Of a stretch of 64,000 nt of DNA, positions 9,688 through 18,163 are shown in pieces. The notes under the pieces are model-generated. The model searched no databases and was not told the origin of the DNA. It saw only the letters and a list, made by a program, of their open reading frames with translations. Where the stretch lies: assembly GCA_031411255.1 (NCBI GenBank), contig JANOAS010000115.1:12579-76578 (forward strand), read 5' to 3'. The position numbers were made by a program, and so were the translations under genes. Source of the DNA: a bacterium (GTDB lineage Bacteria; Verrucomicrobiota; Verrucomicrobiia; Verrucomicrobiales; V1-33). Each line of letters starts with the position of its first letter. Positions within the stretch are counted from its first letter, which is position 1.

Positions 9688-12225
9688 GGAGGGTGAAGGG
9701 TTCAAGGCTGGCTGGAAACGCGCAGCCGCATCTGCACGCGGGGGGTGGCGCCGGTGTAGGCGCCGGTGAGGGTGGCGCAGTCTTCCTGGACGATGACGAC
9801 ATCGCGCGTGGTCCAGTGCTCAAGGTCGGTGCTGACCTCCACGTCCCAGCGCAGGTGCGGATCGTGGCCGGCCTCCCCGCCTTTGTGGACGAGCAGGCGC
9901 AGCTCGCCGAACGGGTTGTCCAGCGGCGCGGGGATCAATTGTTGGGAAGAGGCGGCGGGGTCTCCGCCGAGGGCGTATTCGATGAGGTTGCTCAGACCGT
10001 CGTGGTCGTCGTCGGCCTCGGGCGCGGCGGCGCCGTGGCTGGCGGCCCAAGTGGCGTAGCCGGGATAGGTCAGGTTGCTGCCGCCGGGCGTGGGTGCGAA
10101 CTGGCGGAAGGCGCCGCTGTCGAACGGCGCGCGGGCGTCGGGGCAGCGGCCGATGGAGTAGTTGATGAACGTGGCGGGCGGATTGGGCGCGGGGCCTTCG
10201 TCGGCGGTCACTCCCCCGGGTGTGAGGAGGGCGACGAGCGCGAGGTCGCTGCCGTCGTCGGTGCCGTGGACCACGGCGTCGATGAGGTCGCCGTTTACCA
10301 CCGGCGCGGTGCCGGGCGGGAAATTGTAGTAGGGAGCGAAGAACCCTCCGCCCCCGCCCCCGCCCCCGCCTCCGCCGGTGGGCTTTTTATAGATGGCCAC
10401 GGCCCCAAGCCCGTTCGTCAGCCACGAGGAGCCCAGCGAGGGGAATGCCAGGCTGTTGATGACGAAGTAGCCATTGCTGTCGGTCATGCGGCCCACGAGG
10501 TCCACGACCTGGTAGGCGCCGTCGTTGGGCTGACTGCCGTCGAAGAGGACGACCATGAAATCATGAAGAGGCTTGTTCCCGATGCCGCCGTCGTAGAGTT
10601 CGATGAACTCGGAGAACTCCCCGCCACCACCACCGCCGCCATTGAACTGCTGGGCGTCGATTTCGTTGATGAAGATGCGGCGGTCGCTGTCGCGCACGGT
10701 CAGCGTGCTGGAGCCGTTGAGAAACCCGGAGGCGATGGCGGTGAGGGTGACGACCTGGTCGCCGTCCGCGAGGAAATCCTGCATGGCGGTGAGCGGCACG
10801 GTGACTGACGACAGCCCTGCGGGAATGAGCGCCGTGTCTGGCGAGGCGGAGGCCTCGGCGGGCTTGTCGGAGCGCAACTGCACCATGACCGGCCCGGTGT
10901 CGCCTGGCGGCAGGCTCACTGTGACCTGCGCCGCGTCGTAGCCGTGGTTTTCCCCCTCGACGATGGAGCCGCGGGAAATGAAGACGCCGAGCGGCCGGGT
11001 GAGCGTGCAGAAGGCAGAGCTGTCCCTGCGGCGTCCAGGCGAGGCCGGTGTGGGCGCGGAGCTGTGGTTGAAGAAATCCATGGTCCCGCCCGCGAGGTCC
11101 GGGCTGCGGGTGCGGGAGTAAGCGTGCCCGCCATCGCTGCCGGTGCTGGCCGCCGCGACGACAGAGCGCCCGGTGGCGGAGGAACTGCGCAGCCACCAGG
11201 TTCCCTGGGTGCTGAGGCCGAAGACTGAGGGGTTCGAGGCCCGCTGCACCCACGCCGTGCCAAAGGCCGGCGTGTGGCCCTCCGATACCCCGCCGCCGCC
11301 GAAGACCACAATGGCGCAACCCGGCTCCAGCACGGTGCCGGCCGGGAAGAGATGGGCGTCCGGTGCGGAGTGGAGGTTGCTGTATTGCAATGTCATGCCG
11401 GACATGTCCACCGGAGCCGTGCTGGTGTTTACGATCTCGACAAAAGCGTCGGAAGCTCCGCCGTTTGCGCCGTCTTCATTGGCATCGAAGAGAGGAAACT
11501 GGGCCGTTTCGTTGATGACCAGCGGCCCAGGAGCCTGCGAGGTGACGCTCTCCCAGGTGGCTCCCACTCGCACATCATCCAGCAGCCACTGGCCATTGCT
11601 GAAGAGGCCAACGCCCGTCACCGTGCTGTAAGTGGCGGAGATCTTGGCAAGGCTGGGGCTCGCAGGTTCCGGAGCGCCAGGCATGGGATCGACGTAGAGT
11701 TTGAAGGCGTCATTCACGCCTGCCGCCCCCTTCACGACCAGCCGCACGGTGCGACCGTTCGTGGCGGGAAACTGGCCAGTTGGCGAGGCCGCCTGCAGGC
11801 CGCCGCCGACATCCTCCATCACATACTGCCCCACGGCACTGCCGCCTGGTTTTCCGATGAACATCATCGGCCCGCTGGCTGTCCGCAGCCTCATCCCGGC
11901 CGCATCCCCGGGGGAGGCGTTTGGCTGGATGAAGAAGCTGAAGTAGAGGGTCGCGTCGGAGACTGGCTGGGTCAAGCTGCGCGACAAACTCACCGTCCCC
12001 AAGCCCGCGTCAGGCACGCTCACCATGCGCTGCGAGCTGGGCGCTCCGTAGGCCAGACCACCGGGGATGCATTGCGGCAGCAGCGCTGAAGCAGCCTGCG
12101 ACGGAAGGAAATTTATGCCGTTTTGGAAATTGGCCGCATCGTAGGTCCAGTTCCCCGCCCAGCCATTTCCACCACCCTGCCCGGAGAGGATGGTGGCGGC
12201 GTTGTCGTCAAAACTGGCTGCGGCT
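5932..12225. repeat. Direct duplication: ~5932-8440 is paralogous to ~9702-12225, near-identical at the 3' gene ends
   Basis: ggaaacgcgcagccgcatctgcacgcgg...gggtggcgcagtcttcctggacgatgacgacatcgcgcgtggtccagtg occurs at ~5944-6048 and ~9714-9818; the proteins align over ~830 aa. Confidence 0.9.
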
Positions 12226-14378
12226 GTCAGCGGCACGAAGCGCCACACCGAGTTGCCATTCGTGCTGATCCACACTTCACCGGGCCGCCAGGGATCGACC
12301 GCCACTGCCTGCGCATTTCCCAAACGATGGTCGATCCGTGTGATTTCGTTCCATGACGCGCCGTTGTCGCCCGAGTAGTAAACCTTCGAGGTCGTGTCGC
12401 CGGCCCGTTTCCCGATCACTGCCACGCGGCCGTCCACTGCATTGACATCCGTCACCTCGGTGAAGCCAAATCCACCCGTCCATGCACCGCCGCCCACCGT
12501 GCGGTAGAGGCCGTCAGCCTGACCGCAGCAGTTCCCGGCCCACAGGGTCAGCGGGCGCACCTTGTCCGCCGCGAGGAAGCTGAACGCGGGCACTCCTGTG
12601 GCCACAAAGTTCCAGTTCGTGCCGCGATTGGATGATTTGTAGAGACCGTAGTTCCTCACCCACACATACCGGAACTGATTGTTGGCATCCGTCACCACAT
12701 CCGCCATGGGCGTCCACTGGTCGCCGTAGTCCGCCCCCACCGGCAGTCCGCTGCAGCGTCCGAACGTCGAGCCTCCATTGGTGGTGCGATACACACCTCC
12801 GAAGAATCCTGTGTCCGTGCCTCCCAGCACCACCAGAAAGTCGTCCGGGTTGTCAGGAGAAACGACAGCCGAAACAATGGGGCGGTTGGCCTGGGCGGGC
12901 AGGTTGGTGGCCATCACGCTCCATGAATCACCGAAGTCTACGGATCGATAAATGCGCGGCTTCCAGTCATCCCGCTCATCCGTTCCCAGCGCCAGGACGC
13001 TGGAACCGGAACTCCACATGGTGCGGCAGAGGCCCAGATCGTCAGGATAGGGCAGGCTGCGGGTGGTGATGTAGGAAAAGGCCCTCGGGGTGCCGAGGTT
13101 AGTCACAGCCATGGCCCCGCCGTGGTCCGCCATCGGCAGATAAACGGTTTGATCGTTGGCCGGGTCAAAGCACACCCGGTAGTTCACCGTTTCGCTGATG
13201 CCGACGGTGGAATACTGCCAGGTGGCCCCGCTGTCCTGGCTGCGGAAAGGGGCGTAGCCACCAGCCATGAACCAGCGTGTGGAATTCGACGGATCGACCA
13301 CCAGGGCATTGCGTCCGCCCTCGACCACGCCGGGGCTTGGATTTCGCTGCCACCCGGGCATCGATCCGGACAGCGTATCAATATTCGACCATACCCCGGC
13401 CGCAGAGCGGATCTGGGTGCGCGGCCCGCCGTAGCTGCCGCCACCCCAGAGGCTGCCGGCGATGATGCGGCCATCACTCAGGGCCGCCACCAATGGAACG
13501 GGCTGGACCGGGTCTTTTGCGGGCCAGGAAATGCTTGTCCACGTGTAGGTGCCCGGGTTGGACCAGTTGGTGGCGCTGAACTCGAACAATACCGGGCCGG
13601 AGGCATTCCAACCCGACACCAGCACCTTGCCGTCAGGCTCAAGGACGATCCGCCAGACTCCGGTGGGCGCGGCAACTCCACCCGAAGTTCCTGAAAGGGT
13701 GGTCCAGTTGATGCCATTGTTGCCGCTCACAGTCAGCCCGGCATTGGAGGAGCCTATCCAGAAATCACTTCGCCCGGCAGGGGGGAGGGATATGGCAGTG
13801 ACGAGCTGCCCGGTCGGAGGGATGCCCATCCTTTGCCAGTTTAGCCCCGCATCCTGACTGCGCCAGATCCCATCACCCCGGGTGCCCGCCCAGATTTCGT
13901 CATAATTTTGAGGGTTGAACGCGATGCATTCGCCACCCCAGCGCTCCTGATCGTTCCCAGAAAAATTCACCCCGCCCAGCACCTGGCTCCATGCAGCCCC
14001 TCCGTTGGTGGAGCGCCAGATGCCGCGGTTCGGATCGCTGGCGAAATAGGACGTTCCCACGCACTGCAGCACGAGGTTGGCGTCATTCGGGCGCACTGCC
14101 ACCCCCTGCACACAGAGTCCGGCCGGGGTGGTCATGTTGCCACTCAGAAAGGTCCACGAGTCCCCGGAGTCTGTGGATTTGTAGAGACCGCCCACGTCCG
14201 TGCGTCCATAGAGCCGCCCCGTGCCATGGGTGGCAATGCCGGTGAACCAGCCCCCACCCTGCGATTGAACTTGATCGAACCGGCCAGCAATGGCGGCGCG
14301 GGCCTCGCTGGCCAGGAGCAGCGTGGCAACGGCAAGGACTGAGGTGAGAAAAATACGAGTGAAGGAGGGAGGTTTCAT
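9702..14378 (-). CDS. Secreted GH74-like (xyloglucanase-type, BNR/Asp-box propeller) glycoside hydrolase with lamin-tail-like domains and C-terminal domain
   Basis: GGGWFTGI..LYGRTDVGG and GISETV..PMADHGG match the two GH74 catalytic-Asp motifs; many S.D.G..W Asp-boxes; start moved to MKPPSF. Confidence 0.78.
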   Translation of the reverse strand: MKPPSFTRIFLTSVLAVATLLLASEARAAIAGRFDQVQSQGGGWFTGIATHGTGRLYGRTDVGGLYKSTDSGDSWTFLSGNMTTPAGLCVQGVAVRPNDANLVLQCVGTSYFASDPNRGIWRSTNGGAAWSQVLGGVNFSGNDQERWGGECIAFNPQNYDEIWAGTRGDGIWRSQDAGLNWQRMGIPPTGQLVTAISLPPAGRSDFWIGSSNAGLTVSGNNGINWTTLSGTSGGVAAPTGVWRIVLEPDGKVLVSGWNASGPVLFEFSATNWSNPGTYTWTSISWPAKDPVQPVPLVAALSDGRIIAGSLWGGGSYGGPRTQIRSAAGVWSNIDTLSGSMPGWQRNPSPGVVEGGRNALVVDPSNSTRWFMAGGYAPFRSQDSGATWQYSTVGISETVNYRVCFDPANDQTVYLPMADHGGAMAVTNLGTPRAFSYITTRSLPYPDDLGLCRTMWSSGSSVLALGTDERDDWKPRIYRSVDFGDSWSVMATNLPAQANRPIVSAVVSPDNPDDFLVVLGGTDTGFFGGVYRTTNGGSTFGRCSGLPVGADYGDQWTPMADVVTDANNQFRYVWVRNYGLYKSSNRGTNWNFVATGVPAFSFLAADKVRPLTLWAGNCCGQADGLYRTVGGGAWTGGFGFTEVTDVNAVDGRVAVIGKRAGDTTSKVYYSGDNGASWNEITRIDHRLGNAQAVAVDPWRPGEVWISTNGNSVWRFVPLTAAASFDDNAATILSGQGGGNGWAGNWTYDAANFQNGINFLPSQAASALLPQCIPGGLAYGAPSSQRMVSVPDAGLGTVSLSRSLTQPVSDATLYFSFFIQPNASPGDAAGMRLRTASGPMMFIGKPGGSAVGQYVMEDVGGGLQAASPTGQFPATNGRTVRLVVKGAAGVNDAFKLYVDPMPGAPEPASPSLAKISATYSTVTGVGLFSNGQWLLDDVRVGATWESVTSQAPGPLVINETAQFPLFDANEDGANGGASDAFVEIVNTSTAPVDMSGMTLQYSNLHSAPDAHLFPAGTVLEPGCAIVVFGGGGVSEGHTPAFGTAWVQRASNPSVFGLSTQGTWWLRSSSATGRSVVAAASTGSDGGHAYSRTRSPDLAGGTMDFFNHSSAPTPASPGRRRDSSAFCTLTRPLGVFISRGSIVEGENHGYDAAQVTVSLPPGDTGPVMVQLRSDKPAEASASPDTALIPAGLSSVTVPLTAMQDFLADGDQVVTLTAIASGFLNGSSTLTVRDSDRRIFINEIDAQQFNGGGGGGGEFSEFIELYDGGIGNKPLHDFMVVLFDGSQPNDGAYQVVDLVGRMTDSNGYFVINSLAFPSLGSSWLTNGLGAVAIYKKPTGGGGGGGGGGGFFAPYYNFPPGTAPVVNGDLIDAVVHGTDDGSDLALVALLTPGGVTADEGPAPNPPATFINYSIGRCPDARAPFDSGAFRQFAPTPGGSNLTYPGYATWAASHGAAAPEADDDHDGLSNLIEYALGGDPAASSQQLIPAPLDNPFGELRLLVHKGGEAGHDPHLRWDVEVSTDLEHWTTRDVVIVQEDCATLTGAYTGATPRVQMRLRVSSQP

Positions 14379-14504
14379 GGGCAGCGCAGGGGGTGGCTGA
14401 CCTCCTTCCACGCCGTCGGCGGCGGCGGATGACGGAAAATTTTGAAAAAAGTGGTGCGATGACGTGCACTCCGTTTCGGGAACACCCGCGAGGCCGGCCG
14501 AAAC

Positions 14505-17273
14505 TCATTTCCCCGCAGCCTTGTCGAGGGCGGCAAGGCTTTCTTTTTCTGCAAGGGAGAGCGCCTCCTCGCCACGGGCGAGGAGAAAGGTGCGGGTGGC
14601 GGCGGTGAGGTCGGCGGCTGCGGCGGGATCGAGGGCTGCGGTGGTTTCCAGGACGTAGCCGGTGACGAGGGCGCGCCACTCGAAGCTGGACGAGCCGGGA
14701 ATGGGGGTCAGTTCCTTGAGCAGGGAACGCCAGAGTGAGTTGGCCTCTGCGGGGCGGTTCTGCGCGATGAAGCAGCGGGCGAGGCGGACGGCGGTGGAGG
14801 CGATGTTGCGTGCTTCACGGGGATTCCCCGGATGGGCGGCCAGAGTTCGGCGGCGGAGGGTGAGGGAGCGGAGGAAAACGGGCTCGGCCTCAGCCCAGAG
14901 GCGGGTGCGTTCTTTCAGCTCGCCGAGGCGGTTGAGGGTGTAGCTGGCGCCGAGGTTCCACCACGTGTCGGGCGGTGCGGCGGCCAGGAGGGGCTCCAGC
15001 CTGGACATCTGCCGCTGGTAGTGGCGGACGGCCCCGTCGAGCCCCTCGGCGGTTTCGGCGTGCTTCCCGACATCACCGGAAGCCATGGCCCAGGCAAACT
15101 GGGCGGCGTCGTTCTCGGGGTTCTTCTTGAGTTCGGCGAAGAGTCCCTCCTCCACCTGCCTCAACCGGTCGGCCACCCTGTCCTGCGGAGCGGCGGCGTC
15201 GTCCTCCGGGGCGGCTGCGATGGCGAGGTTCACGGCGTCGATGCGGCGCTGCATTTCTGCGGCGGATCCGGATTCGCCGCGCTGCTGCTGGGCTTTGACG
15301 AAGACTTCCATGCACCAGCGGAGGTGGTTCAGGTTTCCCCGGTGGCCGGGCCGGGCGGCGGCCTCGGCCTCGGCGATGGGGATGGCATCCCCCAGCAGGG
15401 GAATGGCTTCCGCAGCGCGCTGGTTGAGCACGAGGGCCAGGGCCAGACGGACGGCGGCGTGGGAATACATGTTGCTGTCCGGTTTGTGAGTGCGCTTCAC
15501 AAAGTCGTGCCACGCAGTGAAATGCTGGAGCATGAGGGGGTAGTCGTGCTTGTCTTCGGCGAGGGAACCGAGGGACATGTCGATGTCGGCGTGGTCGGCG
15601 GCCAGGCTGGCGTTGTCGGGGTGCTGCTCCAGCTCTGCTGCGTAGATGTCCCGTGCGGTGAGATACGCCTTCCGGCTCTCTTCGAGCAGTTTCAAATGGC
15701 CGAGGGCATTGGCCATGGCGCGATGCGCGGCGGCCACGGACTGGGGGCCGGCGGGGTCATGGAGTTGCTCCGCCTCGCGCAGCATGGTGCGGGCGGCATC
15801 AAGGGACTCCTCGTGCCGGCCCATGCCGAGGAGCTGCTCGCTGCAGCGTTTCCAGGCCTGGACGACCCGGAGCTGGAGTGCGGGATTTTGCGGCTCGGCA
15901 TCGCGTGCGTGAGTGGCGAGGTCGAGGGCTTCCTCGAAAAGAGCCAGACCGTCTTCCGGGAGGGCGCGGGCGGCGAGGATTTCGCCCTTCACCACGAGGG
16001 TGTCGGCCAGCTGCACGGCAGCGCCGGGCGAGTGGGCGGCCTTTTCATATTTCGCGCGAAAGTGGACCACGGCCCGCTCCAGCACGGAGTCCATGGCGCC
16101 GAGGTTGCCGGTTTTTTCCAGGCGGTGCCGCAGGTCGGTGAGGAGAAACTGGATGACGCCCTCTGTTTCATTTTGCGCTGATTCTGCGACAGCTCGGCGG
16201 GTGTTGGCTTCGGCTTCTCCAGCCTCCGCGCGCCGCCGCTCCCGCCAGGCGAAACCCGCCAGGCCAAGCGTGAGCAGGGCTGCGGCCGCTGCGGCTGCGG
16301 CCACCCGGGTGCGGGCGCGAAGGCTTTTCCGGGCCTCTGCCGTGCGCCGCTCCTGCTGGGCGCGGAGGTCGGCGGCGTGAAGAATGGCGGCGTGGAATTC
16401 GGCCACGCTGGCGTAGCGCCGTGCGGGATCACTCTGGAGCGCCCGCAGGATGACGCCGTCGAATGCGGAATCGATCTCTGAATTTCGAGCCGAGGGCGGG
16501 TCAAAAACGCCGCGCGGCAGCTCGCCGGTGAGCAGCTCGTAGGCGAGCACGCCCAGGCTGTACTGGTCGCTCGTGGTGGTCGCGCCGGTGCCGGCCAGCT
16601 GCTCGGGCGCGGCGTACTCCAGCGTGCCCAGGGTGGTGCCGCCGAGGGTGAGGCGGGAGTATTCCAGATGCTTCTCCGTGAGCAGGGCCAGCCCGAAGTC
16701 GGCCAGCTTCGGCACGCCCTCGCGGGTCAGGAGAATGTTGGACGGCTTGATGTCGCGGTGGACGATGCCTTTCTCGTGGGCTGCCTCGACCGCCTCGCAG
16801 ACTGCGGCGAGAAGGGCAACGGATTTCTCCGCCGGCATCCGGCCGCGGCTCATCCGCACGGCCAGATCCTCGCCGTCGACGAGGTCCATGACGTAGTAGT
16901 AGTGCCCCGCCACGGTCTCGCCTGTGTCGTGAACGGCGACAATGCCGGGGTGCGAGAGCCCGGCGGCGGTCATGGCCTCGCGGCGGAAGCGTTCGGCAAA
17001 TCCCGGAGTGTCACCCATTTCCACGGGCATGAGCTTGATGGCGACGGCGCGCTCCAGACTCCGCTGCTCCGCCCGGTAGACTGCCCCCATCCCGCCCCGG
17101 CCGATGATTTCCCGCACGTGGTAGTCGGGCAGCAGGGCGCCGAGTTCTTCAACCGTGGGAACATCGCGCGGTTCCTGCACTGACGGGGCGTCCAGCGCCA
17201 AGTCGAACGCACGCGCCGGATCCAGGCCGCCAAGGCGGTCTGGATTGGGAGACGCGGTGGGATCGAATGGCAT
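14505..17273 (-). CDS. Membrane-anchored Hanks-type Ser/Thr protein kinase with C-terminal TPR-like region
   Basis: IGRGGMGAVY, VAIK, HRDIKPSN, DFG and APE motifs; TM segment LLTLGLAGFAW; start moved to MPFDP. Confidence 0.9.
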   Translation of the reverse strand: MPFDPTASPNPDRLGGLDPARAFDLALDAPSVQEPRDVPTVEELGALLPDYHVREIIGRGGMGAVYRAEQRSLERAVAIKLMPVEMGDTPGFAERFRREAMTAAGLSHPGIVAVHDTGETVAGHYYYVMDLVDGEDLAVRMSRGRMPAEKSVALLAAVCEAVEAAHEKGIVHRDIKPSNILLTREGVPKLADFGLALLTEKHLEYSRLTLGGTTLGTLEYAAPEQLAGTGATTTSDQYSLGVLAYELLTGELPRGVFDPPSARNSEIDSAFDGVILRALQSDPARRYASVAEFHAAILHAADLRAQQERRTAEARKSLRARTRVAAAAAAAALLTLGLAGFAWRERRRAEAGEAEANTRRAVAESAQNETEGVIQFLLTDLRHRLEKTGNLGAMDSVLERAVVHFRAKYEKAAHSPGAAVQLADTLVVKGEILAARALPEDGLALFEEALDLATHARDAEPQNPALQLRVVQAWKRCSEQLLGMGRHEESLDAARTMLREAEQLHDPAGPQSVAAAHRAMANALGHLKLLEESRKAYLTARDIYAAELEQHPDNASLAADHADIDMSLGSLAEDKHDYPLMLQHFTAWHDFVKRTHKPDSNMYSHAAVRLALALVLNQRAAEAIPLLGDAIPIAEAEAAARPGHRGNLNHLRWCMEVFVKAQQQRGESGSAAEMQRRIDAVNLAIAAAPEDDAAAPQDRVADRLRQVEEGLFAELKKNPENDAAQFAWAMASGDVGKHAETAEGLDGAVRHYQRQMSRLEPLLAAAPPDTWWNLGASYTLNRLGELKERTRLWAEAEPVFLRSLTLRRRTLAAHPGNPREARNIASTAVRLARCFIAQNRPAEANSLWRSLLKELTPIPGSSSFEWRALVTGYVLETTAALDPAAAADLTAATRTFLLARGEEALSLAEKESLAALDKAAGK

Positions 17274-17393
17274 GGAACGAATGCGGACGAAGTGGCCGGG
17301 GTATTTTCGGCATCCGCAGGCCACCGTTACGCAGGAGTGCAGAAAAACGAGCGGATTTCGTTCTCGCGGGCGGCGGGGGCGGGGCGCGGAGTG

Positions 17394-17447
17394 AACCGCG
17401 AATAAACGCGAAGAGACGCGAATGAAGGAGGAAAAAATGGGCGGGGG
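17394..17447. repeat. Dispersed intergenic repeat A, copy 1
   Basis: aaccgcgaataaacgcgaagagacgcgaatgaaggaggaaaaaatgggcgggg resembles 60361-60414. Confidence 0.6.
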
Positions 17448-17512
17448 CAGGCGGGCTGACGACGGGAGCGGTGGTGACTGGGCCTGCCTCGTTCCTGTAC
17501 GGCCTTTTGGGT

Positions 17513-18079
17513 TCAGAGAGGCGGGACTTTGACGGTGTCCAGTGGTGGTGTTGCACCTTGGTATTTACGTGCCAGTTCCAGAAATTTGGTGGCTTCATCC
17601 TCCGTGGCGAAGGCGCGAACCGGAATGTGAAAACTCTCAAGGGGGCCGGTTTGAAAGCGAAGATATCCCTTAATGCGCGTCATGCCATCAATGCCCGTCC
17701 ACCGAAAGGTTGCATTGGCGTCAGGATAAAGGGAGTGCAATCCCGCAGGGTCAATCGTAATCGTCATCTGCTGAAGTGCGCGCGCGAAATTTGACTCGGT
17801 GTAAATGGCAGCAGAGAACAGCCGGTCCTGATAGAGACGGATGAATCCGCCGCCCAGAGTGTGGAGCAACAAAACCACGGCTCCCACTTTGAGCGAGGCC
17901 GCATACGTGACAATAAAGAAAACAAGCGGGAGCAGCCCAAACTGGTAGAGCCTGCCCACCCAGGCCGGGTAAAAGCGATTCCAGTTTTGCCGAAGGGCTT
18001 TCAGCTCCTGCAGCCGGTACTGGAATGTCACGGACATTGCAGGGGAGGCACTTTCTGTTGGGTTGGCGTTCGGCGTCAC
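17513..18079 (-). CDS. YcxB-family membrane protein
   Basis: Two TM helices then FRW..I....IPVRAF..E...F C-terminal pattern. Confidence 0.65.
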   Translation of the reverse strand: MTPNANPTESASPAMSVTFQYRLQELKALRQNWNRFYPAWVGRLYQFGLLPLVFFIVTYAASLKVGAVVLLLHTLGGGFIRLYQDRLFSAAIYTESNFARALQQMTITIDPAGLHSLYPDANATFRWTGIDGMTRIKGYLRFQTGPLESFHIPVRAFATEDEATKFLELARKYQGATPPLDTVKVPPL

Positions 18080-18163
18080 GATCTGGATGAAACGAAAGTG
18101 GAGCGCGATGGTCGAGAAAAAACCCGCGTCCGGGTGGTGGGATTTTCGCCGCCCTCAGGCGCG

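Noticed and set aside
5932..12225. Diversity-generating retroelement template/variable repeat pair
   Set aside because: Both copies are coding parts of full genes, the differences do not look adenine-specific, and no reverse transcriptase is present.
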